A stretch of 64,000 nucleotides of DNA from Chiloscyllium plagiosum (lineage: Eukaryota): NCBI RefSeq assembly GCF_004010195.1, contig NC_057718.1, forward strand, positions 18,992,588-19,056,587, written 5' to 3'. Made by a program: the position numbers and the translations under genes. This document shows, piece after piece, positions 54,201-64,000 of the stretch; positions within the stretch are counted from its first letter, which is position 1; each line of letters opens with the position of its first letter. Under the pieces are notes generated by a model, which searched no databases, was not told the origin of the DNA, and was given only the letters and a program-made list of their open reading frames with translations.

Positions 54201-57200
54201 AAAAATAATTAAATAAAAGCTATCTTATTTGCTGTGGGTCAGCAGTCAATAAACATGTGGAGGAGTTAACATTTATACTTGTGGGGGGAAATGTAGCATG
54301 GTAAATAGTGTACTTCTCTATTAATTAATGAAGTGACCCGTTGGCCTGGAGTAGCCAAATGCAGAGCTGCCAGCCAACCATGCCATAAGCTTTAATCCAT
54401 TCCTATTCAGAAATTCTAGTTGTCTTTTGAAATCACTTAAATGGTTCAAATTACCTTCTGTCGTCATGTAATTAAGAACTATTACACTTTCTTGTGGAAA
54501 ACTTGAGTGCTGCCTGGCATTCATTCTTTTTAACTTCCTAATTTTCACCTTTCCTATTATTATTTCAACCCTTCACAGAAGTGAACAGAATGTTTAATCA
54601 GTGTCATCATTTCCGTTCTGAAAGACATTGGACCATCCATCTAATGCCAGAATGTAATTTTGCATCATAGACTCTCCAGAATATGTAGCTTTGTGGAGGG
54701 TAATTTCATAATTTGTATTACTTTCTTGTCTTTAGCTTGTACAGCAATCCTCTTTGCTGTTGATTTATGATTTGACATAATGCAATATACACCTTTTATC
54801 CATTCAGTTTTTAACTTGACCGTGTTTTTCTTCCGTAGCTTAAAGAATCTCTGTCAAAAGTGCCCCGAAATCATGTCGGAAAATCTCTGATAAAGAAAGC
54901 ACTTGGACCACTTCACTGGGTAAGTAATGAAACCATTAATTATGAGTGGCACACCCTGTAGAATGAATTCTGACCACTTTCAATGTGAATTACATCACTA
55001 ATAATTCTGTTCCTAAGTGCTACTAAATGCATATTCTTTAACTGCTTTACAATATCCTTTTCACTTCCTCTAGTAAATTACTTTCTGATTCTGAATCTTG
55101 TTTTCAGCTATCTTGTTTGAAAGTATTGTCAAATTGAAAATTATATTGTTCCATCCTTTTAATTTTCCAATTATGAAAGCTTACAGGATGCTTGTCTTTT
55201 AAGTCAGGATGTTGGAAACATAAACAAAGAAGTTAATTTTTTATAAATCTCTGGTAAGATATCAACTCCACCTAGAGTATTGTGTGCAGCTCCAGGCATC
55301 ACCTTTTAGGAAGGATTTTAAGAAGAGGGTGTAGAGGATGATGCCAGAACTAAGAAATCTCTTAACATTGAGAGATTGGAGAATCTTGGATCCATCTCTA
55401 GTACGTTAAGCCGAAATGAAATGCAGATATTCACAATTACATATTAAATACAGAATGTAAAAACTCTTTCTTCTATTTGAAATACAACTTCAGGTTATGG
55501 ATTTGAAATAAACAAATGAATTAGTGGGTAAATTGGTAGAGACTTCTTCTCCGTATTAAGGTTTGGACTACAGTCAGTTCTGCTCTAACGGACGTTTCTT
55601 CAACGCAAATTGGCTATAACGTGATTGAAGAATTTAGACCATTATTTGTAGAACGTGAATGTTTTTCTTACTTATATTGGCTATAATGTAATTCCAGTAC
55701 CACTGGTTGTAATGTTGCTGGTATTATGTGATTTTCTTAAAATGCGGGAGCAGAACTATCATGTTACATCAGAACAGACTGTACATTGGTAGATAATGAT
55801 GTAATCAGAGTACAGAGGAACTTTCCAAAGGGAGTTGAACGTGTGTCTGAAGAGGATTCATTTGCAAGTTTTTGGATTAAGCCTGGAATTTGACACTAAA
55901 TGGGACAATGTTTTTAAAGAGTAGACATCAGGCCGAATGACCATTTTCTGTGCTGTAAGAATCTGATTCGATACTTTTTTTTTTCAAAATTTGAAAATAT
56001 AAGAAGTAGGTGTAGGATATTGGTTATTTTGGGCCACCTTTGCTGAAAATGAGAATGCACAAATGAAACACTTGGTTTTTTGTTGGAAATAGTGTCTCCA
56101 AATGCAGTCCTGAAAAAGGCAGCAAAAAATGCTAAACAAGTCAAAGTAGATACTTTAATGAAGAGTCATATGGCGTGATGAATTAGTTTGGAACATGGAT
56201 TCAAGTCCAGTCCATGCTAGCTGCAAGAATCCACCGGGTTGTGGCTTAAACCCAGTCACTGACTGTCTCATTGATAATTTAGCACTGCAGTTGGCTCTCC
56301 CTGCTTCATAAAATGCTTGAATTCTGAAATAGAAGCATGTTTGATTGTTCCCAGATCTGGCATATGTTATCTTTCCAAAAGTAATTGCAATGTTTGAGTT
56401 TTGAGCCTTTGCATATATTCCCTTTTATCCATATCCAGTGCCTGATCTGACCTGTTGCTGTGTCAGGGTAGTAAATGGTGGAATGCATTCTGTTCCGATA
56501 TCCCAGACTGATGTCTCTTGGTGTGTTGAGCACTTATTGGGTAATGGAGGCTCAGGGAATATTGCTCTCTGAACCCAAAAAAGATGGGACCGATGCAGAA
56601 TAATTAAGACTAAATACGAATGTTCCAATATTTTTATATTTTTCAAATTGATTCCACCTGTAATCCAATATACAAATGTATGTCACTGAATTCTATTATG
56701 TATGGGCAGGGGAAATTTCTGGCCAACTGATTATAAAATAATAGAAGCATACAATATAAAACATGCTACACTCTCAGGCATTGCATTCACAGACTCCCAC
56801 CACATTCTGGGTGAAATGATTTTTCCTCAAATCCCCTCTAAACCTCCTGCCTTTCACCTTACACCATTTGCTGTATTTTTTCTTTTCTTTTCTGTTTTTT
56901 TTCCCCAGCACCTGTGTTATATGTGTGCAGGTGTGAGACACAGTGAAAGACACAAGGTGCATGAATCTTTATTCAAATTTCCACCACCAGGAAGAAAGGA
57001 AACACCTGAGTGCCCAGTGACAAGCCGTGCCCTTCACATCAAAGGGCAATGCTGTGTGATCAAACAGTGAAGGTGAGGGCAGGGATTAAATCAAAATAGA
57101 GTTGGAGGGGGGAATAATGCACTCCACTCCCTGCGGCGCCCACCTCTCCCTGAACAACTCCAGGGTGTTGGTAGACACCGTGTGCTCCTCCTCCAGAGAC

Positions 57201-60200
57201 ACCTGGGCTCTAACGTAACTGCAGAAGAGGGGCAGGCAGTCGGCCCTAACAACCCCCTCCACGGCCCGCTGCCTGGACCTATTTATGGCCAGCCTGGCCA
57301 AGCCCAGGAGCAGATCCACGAGGTCTTCAGAACTGCCTCCCCCCCCCCCCCCCGGGTGCCCGAGGATCAGGAGCGTGGGACTGAAGTGCAACCAAAAGCA
57401 GAGAAGGAGCTTTTTGAGAAAATCAAAAAGGGAGTACAAACACCCACACCCAATATATACATGGTCCACGGACTCCACAAAACCACAGAACAAACAGTTG
57501 GGCTGGGAGTCCGTGAACTACGCAATCTGCGGTTTCTGGGAACAGCCTCGTGCTGCACCCTCCACCCCAGATCCCCGATAGAAAGGGGGAGGACTCCCGT
57601 GTAGAGAGCCCTCCACTGGGGATCTCCGCTACCTGGTGGCAAACCATTTGCTGTATTGTTATTGACTGTTCAATTAAGGGCACCAGCTGTTTTCTATCCA
57701 ATCTGTCCACGCTCCTCACAATCTAATACATTTCAATCAGATCCCCTCTCAGTCTTCTCTGCTCTAAGGTTGACAACCCCAGCTTATCCAGGCTCTCTTC
57801 TTAGATGTTGCATCACAGGCATCATTGTTGCGAATCTTGTCTGCACCACTGCAGTGCCATCTCTTACTTCCTATAGTGTAGAGACCAGAACTGTGCACAC
57901 TTTTGCAGTTGCGGCTTAACCAAAGTTTTGTACATCTCCAATGTAATCTCTGTGCTCTTATAAAGTATGCCTGACTGATAAAGGCAAGTGTCCCATCTGC
58001 CACCTTAGCTACCCAGTTAAGATGTTCTGTTGCCTTCAGGGATCTATGGTCAAGCACTGCACAATCTTTCTATTCCTCCTGAGCTTCCTAGTGTCCTGCC
58101 ATTCATTTGAGTGCTCCCTTGTCTTATTATTTCTTCCTGAGTGCACCACCTTTCACTTTTAACAGGGTTAAATTCAATCTGCCACCATTCTACCCATGTA
58201 ACCTAAGACCACCTTCCGCACTGTCATCCACCTGGCAAATTTTTGTCATCCACAATCTTACTTGTCATTTTCAATATCCTCTACATTTTCTTCTATGTTG
58301 TTTACATATATCACAAACAGTAAGGGACCCAGCCCTGATCCCTGTGCTTGTGCCATTGGACACTGTCCTCCAGTCACACACAAAAAGCCTTCTACCACCA
58401 CCCTCTGTCTCCTCTCACTGAGCCAAGTTTGAATCCAGTTCACCGAGTTACTCTCGATTCCCTGCTTCCCTGTACCACATGCAAAAGAGAAGTGTTCTGA
58501 TGCCCCTTTGTGTTCCTTTATTTCATGATTTTGGTGCTTGAGTAGTGCTGTGGAGTCTTTGCTTACATTTTATTTGACATGTTGGTACATTTGCAATATT
58601 TAAGAGGCATTAGGATGGGTATATGAATAGTAAGTGTTTGGAGGGTTATGGGCCAGGTGCTGGCAGGGGGGGCTAAATTGGGTCGGGGTTTCTGATCGTC
58701 ATGGACAGGTTGAACCGAAGGGTCTGTTTCCATGCTGTACATCTCTAGGACTGTCATTTTAGAATCAAACAAGTTAAATTCTAAAGTTACTGAAAATACA
58801 TTTGCACTGCTATGAAGTTTTCTCTTCAACGTAGTTGTCATGGTATTTGAAGGAAAGAATCTCATTTCTATTTACTGGCAGGAGAAATTAGAAGCTATCA
58901 ATCAGGTCCTGGTTAACGAGTATGAAATTCGACGAAAGATGTTGCTGAAGCGAATGGATGTAACCATACAGTCATTTGGCTGGTCTGATCGAGCTAAGGT
59001 ATTGGATTTTGTAAAGAATCCTGTTTTTCCCTCATCCCAAAGCAAGTTGTGGGAAGAAAAAACAGCTTTTCTGAAATTGTGAATTAATAGTAATTGTTTT
59101 ATGGTATCCTATAGTGAAGTCACTTAAAATACTAAGGGGAACTTTTACACAATTTTGACAGTGTCCTTGGACACTATGTAAAGCTCAAGTTACTTCCATA
59201 ATTGAAAGAAGAATAGTGCTTGTAAATGGCACAGTAGTAATGAATAGAAATCTTTGCGTGGACTGTTCGTGCATATTAAGAACAGGAAAATCAACCCATT
59301 GAAAATGGAAGTGTTTCTATTTCTGACAAACCATGTTAAACTTGAATCACTAAATTACAAATGTCACTTATCCGTAATGGGAGCTGTTGTGGGAATTGCC
59401 AAATTACACCTCACTTAACAATATGGCAACTGGAGAGAAGAAAGTCACTTTACTGTTTAAAATCACACAACACCAGGTTATAGTCCAACAGGTTTATAAT
59501 TGGAAGCACACTAGCTTTTGGAGCATCACTCCTTCATCAGATGATAGTGGAGGGCTCAATCCTAACACACAGAATTTATAGCAAAAATTTACAGTGTGAT
59601 GTAACTGAAATTATACATTGAAAAATTGATTGTCTGTGAAGTCTTTCATCTGTTAGAATACAGTGATAGTTTCAGTTCTTTCATGTGTAAATCACAAAAN
59701 NNNNNNNNNNNNNNNNNNNNNNNNNNNNNNNNNNNNNNNNNNNNNNNNNNNNNNNNNNNNNNNNNNNNNNNNNNNNNNNNNNNNNNNNNNNNNNNNNNNN
59801 NNNNNNNNNNNNNNNNNNNNNNNNNNNNNNNNNNNNNNNNNNNNNNNNNNNNNNNNNNNNNNNNNNNNNNNNNNNNNNNNNNNNNNNNNNNNNNNNNNNN
59901 NNNNNNNNNNNNNNNNNNNNNNNNNNNNNNNNNNNNNNNNNNNNNNNNNNNNNNNNNNNNNNNNNNNNNNNNNNNNNNNNNNNNNNNNNNNNNNNNNNNN
60001 NNNNNNNNNNNNNNNNNNNNNNNNNNNNNNNNNNNNNNNNNNNNNNNNNNNNNNNNNNNNNNNNNNNNNNNNNNNNNNNNNNNNNNNNNNNNNNNNNNNN
60101 NNNNNNNNNNNNNNNNNNNNNNNNNNNNNNNNNNNNNNNNNNNNNNNNNNNNNNNNNNNNNNNNNNNNNNNNNNNNNNNNNNNNNNNNNNNNNNNNNNNC

Positions 60201-63200
60201 GAGAGAAGACTGCATGTGCTGTTAATAAGGTAAAATAAAGTTAGGCTTTGTTAGTAAGGACAAATATGAAACCTGACTTGACATTGTTATAGTGTGCAAT
60301 TGAGTACAATAAAAGTGAGTCATGTCCCTAAAGTCATTAAATTGTTAATTGTGTTGCCACCTCCTAATGAGTTTGAACTTCAGTTTCAATTTCTTTCACT
60401 GTTGAATTGGTAAATAAAACAGTATTTAATGTTAGAGTTTCACGTTGAGTTTGTCCTTTTGTAGAGCAGTTAATGACAATGATCCTGAATGCTTCAAAGT
60501 CATTTCCACTGGCAAATGTGACACTTCCAATATCCCACAAACAGCTAACAGAAATTTTGATTTTGTTCATAGGGATGGGTGATAAATGCTGGCTTAGCCA
60601 GCGACGCTCTCATCCCGATTGCCCAGAGGGCAGTTAAGAATCAACCACATTGTATGTTTGTCTGATTTGCTTTACTTCCAAAGCTTTTAGTTAGGAGAGG
60701 AATGTTGTCCCAGGCTTCTGGCAAGCTCCTTTCCTTTTTCTCTTTTAAAATAATAGAATGAAATCTTCAATTTCTTATGATTCAACAATAAATTTAGAAT
60801 GTCTGACTAGCAGCAAATCCTTTATTGTATTTATCTGCTGCAAAACTCAGTAACTCTGACAAATTCAGCAAAAATAACTGCAACTGCTACTAATATTTGT
60901 CTGCAGCACACAAATGTTCAAGAATAAAAAACAGTTGGGTGCTCACATTCCATTAGTGTGTTTTCTTACATCTCCTCCTATTTGTTTTTATTAATTAATG
61001 TAAGTTACTAAATGAAAGTTGTTGAAAGGTTTTGTTAAGTGAATCATGTTGGACTGCTTTAATTTTATTCTTTGTAAGGCTTGGGGTTGATACGACAATG
61101 TACCTGATGTGTGAATAGATTTTCAAAGCGCATTTAGTAAAGTACCACGTAATAATCTTGTTAGCAAATTTGAAGCCTGCAGGATTAACAGAGTGTTGGC
61201 TACTTGGCAAAATAATGGACCGTAGGACAGTGTAGTGCTGTTGATATTGGAATCACTGCTGTTTTTGTATGTTAAATGACCTGGATTTGGGTCTATGCAG
61301 CATAATTTAAAGTTTGCAGATTACCTAAATCGTGGAACTGTATTAAGCAATGAGGAGGATAATAATAGATTTCAGTAGAATATTGACTGAAATGGGTAAA
61401 TGAATGGTAGGTGAAATTTGATGTTGATTTATTTTGGAAAGATAAATGAAAAGTGGCAATATAAAACAATCAGTAGTTTCACAAATAATGTAGGAACAGA
61501 CTTGAACATGCGCGCACACAAATTTGTGGAGATAGCTGGAAAAGTTCTGGTGGCCCAGTTAAATCATACAGATCCTTGTATAGATTATGAAAAACAAGGA
61601 AGTTACATAAAGGCTTTGTAAAACATTGGACAAATCCTACATGCATATTATGACTTATTTTGAGTACCACGCATTAGGAATCATGTTAACTCCTGAGAGA
61701 GGAAAGAGAGACAACATGCTGGAATGTACTAGAGATGACAGACTTCAATCACGTAAAGACTAGAGAGAATGGAGTTGTTATCCTTTTATACCTGAAGATT
61801 ATGGGGGTTATAATTATTAAAGGAATAGCTGTACATAAAGACAAACTGTTTCCAGTGGTGAAATGGTCAGTAACTAGTGGACATAGATTTAAGCCTAAAT
61901 GGTGGGTCTGATGGGGCAGAACAAGGAGGACATAGAGGGCAGCAATTTGTGCAATGAGTTGGTATGATCTAGAATGTGCTGCCTGAAACGTTAGTGAAAG
62001 CCATTGAAGGGAGGAAATTTACAGGGTGATTTGAAAAATATAGGGGAATATCACTAATTGGGCAGTTTGTACAAGATCCAACAGCTTGTACTTCATCATT
62101 TTGTTATTTATCCTGACTACTTGACTGACTATTTTGTATTCTGGAAGTATATAAGAACTAGGAGCAGGAGGAGGCCATCTGGCCCTTTGAGCCTGCTCTG
62201 CCATTTCAATAAGATAATGGCTGATCTTTTTGTGGCCTCAGTTCCACTTACCCACCCTCTCACTATAACCTTTACTTCCTTTACTGTTCAAAAACTTTCT
62301 TTCTTAGCTTTGAAAGTATTTACTGAGGAAGCCTCAACTACTTGCCTGGACAAGGAATTCCATAGATTCACAACCCTCTGAGTAAAGACGTCCCTTCTCA
62401 ATTCAGTCCGAAATCTGCTCCCTCTAATCTTGTGGCATTGCCCTCTTGTCCGAGTTTCACCTGCCAATGGAAACATTCTCTCTCTACTTCTATCTTATGT
62501 ATTCCCTTCATAATTTTATATTTCTAGAAGATGCTCCTCATTCTTCTAAATTCCAACGAATATAATCCCAGTCTACTCCATTTCTTCTCATAGGTCAACC
62601 CCCATCCCATCCAAAACAGTGAACTTCCTTTGCACCCCCTCTAGTGCCAGTACATCCTTTCTCAAGTAAGGAGACCAAACCTGCACACAGTACTCCCAGG
62701 TGTGGCCTCACCAGCACCCTGTACAGTTGCAACATAACTTCCCTGCTTTTAAACTCAGTCCCTTTATCAATGCCTCCTTAATTACCTGTTGCACCTGCAG
62801 ACCAACCTTCTATGATGCATTGTTTTTAAATAAAACTTTACATTGCGATGTCCAAAACTGTGAATGCCTGAACTAATATTGTTCAAGACTTTCATACTTC
62901 CAATAACTTTGTCCCTTGGTTTCTTCTTTTTGCAGGTACTTATGGGACGAGTGCCAGACAGGGGCGGCAGGCCAAATGAAATTGAGCCCCCTCCACCAGA
63001 AATGCCACCGTGGCAGAAGAGACCAGACAATGTCCAGTCCAGCAGTGGACGTGGAAGAGGTGGATATGACCAAGGGTCTTATGGAGGAGGTGGAAGAGGT
63101 GGATACGAACAAAGCTCCTATGGAGGAGGTGGAAGAGGTGGATATGACCATGGCTCTTATGGAGGAGGTGGAAGAGGTGGATATGAACACAGTTCTTATG

Positions 63201-63766
63201 GAGGAGGTGGAAGAGGTGGATATGACCAAGGCTCTTATGGAGGAGGTGGAAGAGGCGGATATGACCAAGGCGGGCGAGGTGGGGGCCGTGGTGGATATGA
63301 TAGGACAGAACAAGGAGGACGTGGCGGAGGCAGAGGAAAAATTCAAGGCGGATGGTCAGACGGAAGTGGCGGCCATCAAGATTCTAGCTATCAAGGGGGG
63401 CATGGCAGTTACCATAGTGGTGGTTACCACAGTGGTGGCTACCAAGGCAATGCTGGTTACCAAGGAGGTGGCTACCATGGGGGTGGTGGAAGCTATCAAG
63501 GAGGTGGTTATCAAGGGGGTGGCTACCAAGGACATCAAGACAACCGGAATCAAGATAGCAGCCACGAGCAGGGTGGTGGTCGAGGTGCAGGACGTGGAGG
63601 TCGTGGTCGTGGGGGTCGTGGAGGGCGCGGGGGACAGGGTGGTGGCTGGGTCAACAGAGGTGGTCTAAACTATAACCAGGGAGGGCAGTTTGAGCAATAT
63701 TTCCAGCATGGTGGCCAACAATACAATGCTTCTGGTTTCTATCAAGGTAGGCAGTATTCTAGCTAA
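35856..63766 (+). CDS. FAM98A: FAM98A protein (RNA-binding, RGG-rich tail); spliced gene with 8 coding exons, about 566 aa if exon 7 has the human length
   Basis: The exons join in frame through GT-AG junctions to give MENDILDSLEDLG/YKGPLLDDGAL.../SPTEAEEFQLEMSG.../YLISELESSRML.../LKESLSKVP.../EKLEAINQ.../..REKTACAVNK/VLMGRVPDRGGRPNEIEPPPPEMPPWQKR. The C-terminus QGGQFEQYFQHGGQQYNASGFYQGRQYSS matches FAM98A as I recall it, rather than FAM98B. Confidence 0.93.
37796..37994 (+). mobile_element. Short palindromic Penelope-derived insertion in FAM98A intron 1
   Basis: Inverted arms of about 70 bp (37796-37868 and 37890-37961). Perfect 14-bp TSD TCTCGACTGAAGCA at 37782-37795 and 37995-38008. Confidence 0.85.
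37874..37908 (+). ncRNA. Minimal type-I hammerhead ribozyme motif (sense to FAM98A)
   Basis: CAC-CUGAUGA-A-GGAG(CGACA)CUCU-GAAA-GC-UA-GUG, with palindromic AGCU and predicted cleavage after A37905. Confidence 0.65.
38230..38880 (+). mobile_element. Degenerate CR1 3' fragment
   Basis: Translates to DVLLQLYRA..., followed by a CR1-type 3' tail. Confidence 0.65.
39531..39900 (+). mobile_element. HE1-type SINE
   Basis: A-box TAGCTCAGTGG and the same body and tail as 765-1078. The tail segment GGCCTGTTTCCACAC is duplicated. Confidence 0.82.
40380..40950 (+). mobile_element. Degenerate RTE-type LINE fragment
   Basis: ASVAFSR...KVYKAVVL resembles the RTE RT C-terminal region. Confidence 0.45.
41435..41583 (+). 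CDS. FAM98A: FAM98A coding exon 2
   Basis: Acceptor ttttgcag|A, donor A|gtaag, 149 nt. Reads YKGPLLDDGALNLAAVGGAASPEYTKLCTWLVAELKVFYKLVENVNATA. Confidence 0.92.
42320..42454 (+). CDS. FAM98A: FAM98A coding exon 3
   Basis: Acceptor ctcctag|GC, donor A|gtaag, 135 nt. Reads PTEAEEFQLEMSGLLAEMNCPYSVLTTGDVTKRLLNKNNCLLLL. Confidence 0.93.
43110..43295 (-). mobile_element. CR1/HER1 3'-end fragment
   Basis: Nearly identical to 2215-2390. Confidence 0.8.
43455..44580 (+). mobile_element. CR1 5' fragment (ORF1 esterase remnant plus APE endonuclease)
   Basis: Translates to CIYFNVRGL, DVISITETWL and GSSDH, with an upstream IGRND esterase-like motif. Confidence 0.7.
45850..46159 (-). mobile_element. 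HE1-type SINE
   Basis: High similarity to 765-1078. Confidence 0.85.
46415..47520 (+). mobile_element. CR1 LINE family A, 3' portion
   Basis: Closely similar to 24555-25583. Confidence 0.85.
47880..48010 (-). mobile_element. Short Penelope-terminus-like repeat with a hammerhead motif
   Basis: Minus strand reads CUGAUGA-A-GGGC(UUUU)GCCC-GAAA-CG-UU. Related decayed copies lie at about 14810-14900, 36645-36745 and 37285-37385. Confidence 0.65.
49641..49822 (+). CDS. FAM98A: FAM98A coding exon 4
   Basis: Acceptor tttctgtag|CT, donor AAG|gtacac. Reads YLISELESSRMLGVHNPPKK...GMSKPPDNITMFQFFSGIEKK. Confidence 0.93.
54839..54919 (+). CDS. FAM98A: FAM98A coding exon 5
   Basis: Acceptor ttccgtag|CTT, donor TGG|gtaag, 81 nt. 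Reads LKESLSKVPRNHVGKSLIKKALGPLHW. Too short to appear in the ORF track. Confidence 0.92.
55571..55781. mobile_element. pogo/Tigger-like MITE nested in an old CR1 fragment
   Basis: Terminal inverted repeats TA|CAGTCAGTTCTGCT ... ATCAGAACAGACTG|TA. Confidence 0.7.
56878..57642 (-). mobile_element. Tx1-like (L1 clade) non-LTR retrotransposon 3' fragment
   Basis: C-terminal CxxC...ESVDH zinc-knuckle and LGLARLAINRSR, then AATAAA and an A-rich tail. 15-bp TSD ACCATTTGCTGTATT at 56863-56877 and 57643-57657. Confidence 0.85.
57658..58460 (-). mobile_element. Old CR1 fragment (host of the Tx1 insertion; continues at about 56780-56877)
   Basis: Translates to WIQTWLSERRQRVVVEG and QGSGLGPLLFVIYVN. 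Confidence 0.7.
58590..58755 (+). mobile_element. CR1/HER1 3'-end fragment
   Basis: Similar to 23950-24115. Confidence 0.7.
58882..58998 (+). CDS. FAM98A: FAM98A coding exon 6
   Basis: Acceptor tggcag|GAG, donor AAG|gtattg, 117 nt. Reads EKLEAINQVLVNEYEIRRKMLLKRMDVTIQSFGWSDRAK. Confidence 0.93.
59457..59699 (-). mobile_element. Penelope-like terminus (same family as 37796), running into the gap
   Basis: Matches the left arm of the 37796 element. The minus strand CTGATGAAGGAG..CTCC-AAAAGCTA is a hammerhead with G12 changed to A. Confidence 0.7.
59700..60199. other. Assembly gap (500 N) overlapping FAM98A exon 7
   Basis: A run of exactly 500 N, likely a placeholder length. Other gaps at about 23265-23543, 24619-24773 and 29827-30517 lie inside CR1 copies. 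Confidence 0.95.
60200..60229 (+). CDS. FAM98A: FAM98A coding exon 7, visible 3' end only (5' part lies in the assembly gap)
   Basis: Directly after the N-gap the sequence reads REKTACAVNK|gtaaaa, matching FAM98A REKTACAINK followed by a donor site. Confidence 0.85.
62150..62830 (-). mobile_element. CR1 3' fragment
   Basis: Translates to MFPLAGETRTRG...FTQRVVNLWNSL. Confidence 0.8.
62936..63766 (+). CDS. FAM98A: FAM98A terminal coding exon 8 (RGG/YG low-complexity tail)
   Basis: Polypyrimidine tract and tttgcag|GTA acceptor. Reads VLMGRVPDRGGRPNEIEPPPPEMPPWQKR... to TAA ending at 63766. Confidence 0.94.
   Translation, partial: VLMGRVPDRGGRPNEIEPPPPEMPPWQKRPDNVQSSSGRGRGGYDQGSYGGGGRGGYEQSSYGGGGRGGYDHGSYGGGGRGGYEHSSYGGGGRGGYDQGSYGGGGRGGYDQGGRGGGRGGYDRTEQGGRGGGRGKIQGGWSDGSGGHQDSSYQGGHGSYHSGGYHSGGYQGNAGYQGGGYHGGGGSYQGGGYQGGGYQGHQDNRNQDSSHEQGGGRGAGRGGRGRGGRGGRGGQGGGWVNRGGLNYNQGGQFEQYFQHGGQQYNASGFYQGRQYSS
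63053..63290 (+). repeat. Coding tandem repeat, 39-bp (13-aa) unit GRGGY[DE][QH][GS]SYGGG x5 plus a divergent sixth unit
   Basis: Units start at 63053, 63092, 63131, 63170, 63209 and 63248. Confidence 0.9.
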
Positions 63767-64000
63767 TATTTGATAGCTTTGACTATTGGCTTCGTCCTGC
63801 AAGAGTCACAAACTCAGCCATAAATAGTTACCAACTGTCGAATGCCACTAAAATCCAGTACCTTGTATTGAATCAGCAGTGCTGCAGATTTGTTTGTTAA
63901 ACAAAGGGAAGCAAAACCACCCACCCTGCTTTCAGCAGGAGTGAAGGCTTGTGATTCTAAGTCTTTCTGTTTTGACCTCCCATCCCCACTCTTCATCAAA

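Noticed and set aside
63053..63290. Regular repeat array resembling CRISPR
   Set aside because: In-frame coding tandem repeat with no unique spacers, in a vertebrate gene and with no cas genes.
62873..63346. Minus-strand Ser-rich repetitive ORF
   Set aside because: Antisense shadow of the Gly-rich FAM98A repeat.

Overview
Eukaryotic, repeat-rich vertebrate DNA, most likely from a shark or other elasmobranch (inferred from HE1-type SINEs and HER1/CR1 LINEs). The only host gene found is FAM98A on the + strand. It has 8 coding exons from 35856 to 63766; exon 7 lies mostly inside a 500-N gap, and the last exon carries an expanded 13-aa RGG/Tyr tandem repeat. The first 35 kb are a transposon graveyard: CR1 LINEs, HE1 SINEs, a decayed Mag-like Gypsy LTR element, solo LTRs, Tc1/mariner-pogo-type MITEs and a tRNA-Phe pseudogene. 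They also hold a 13.9-kb nested block, 17754-31631: an inverted-arm Penelope insertion with a 14-bp TSD, containing a gag-pro-pol-env endogenous retrovirus, which contains a CR1, which contains a second CR1. The most notable hidden signal is a set of minimal hammerhead ribozyme motifs (CUGANGA...GAAA plus a palindromic tetramer) carried by several Penelope-derived families. These include two short palindromic insertions with 14-bp TSDs, one of which sits in sense orientation inside FAM98A intron 1. All family assignments come from motif recognition by eye; no database searches were run.
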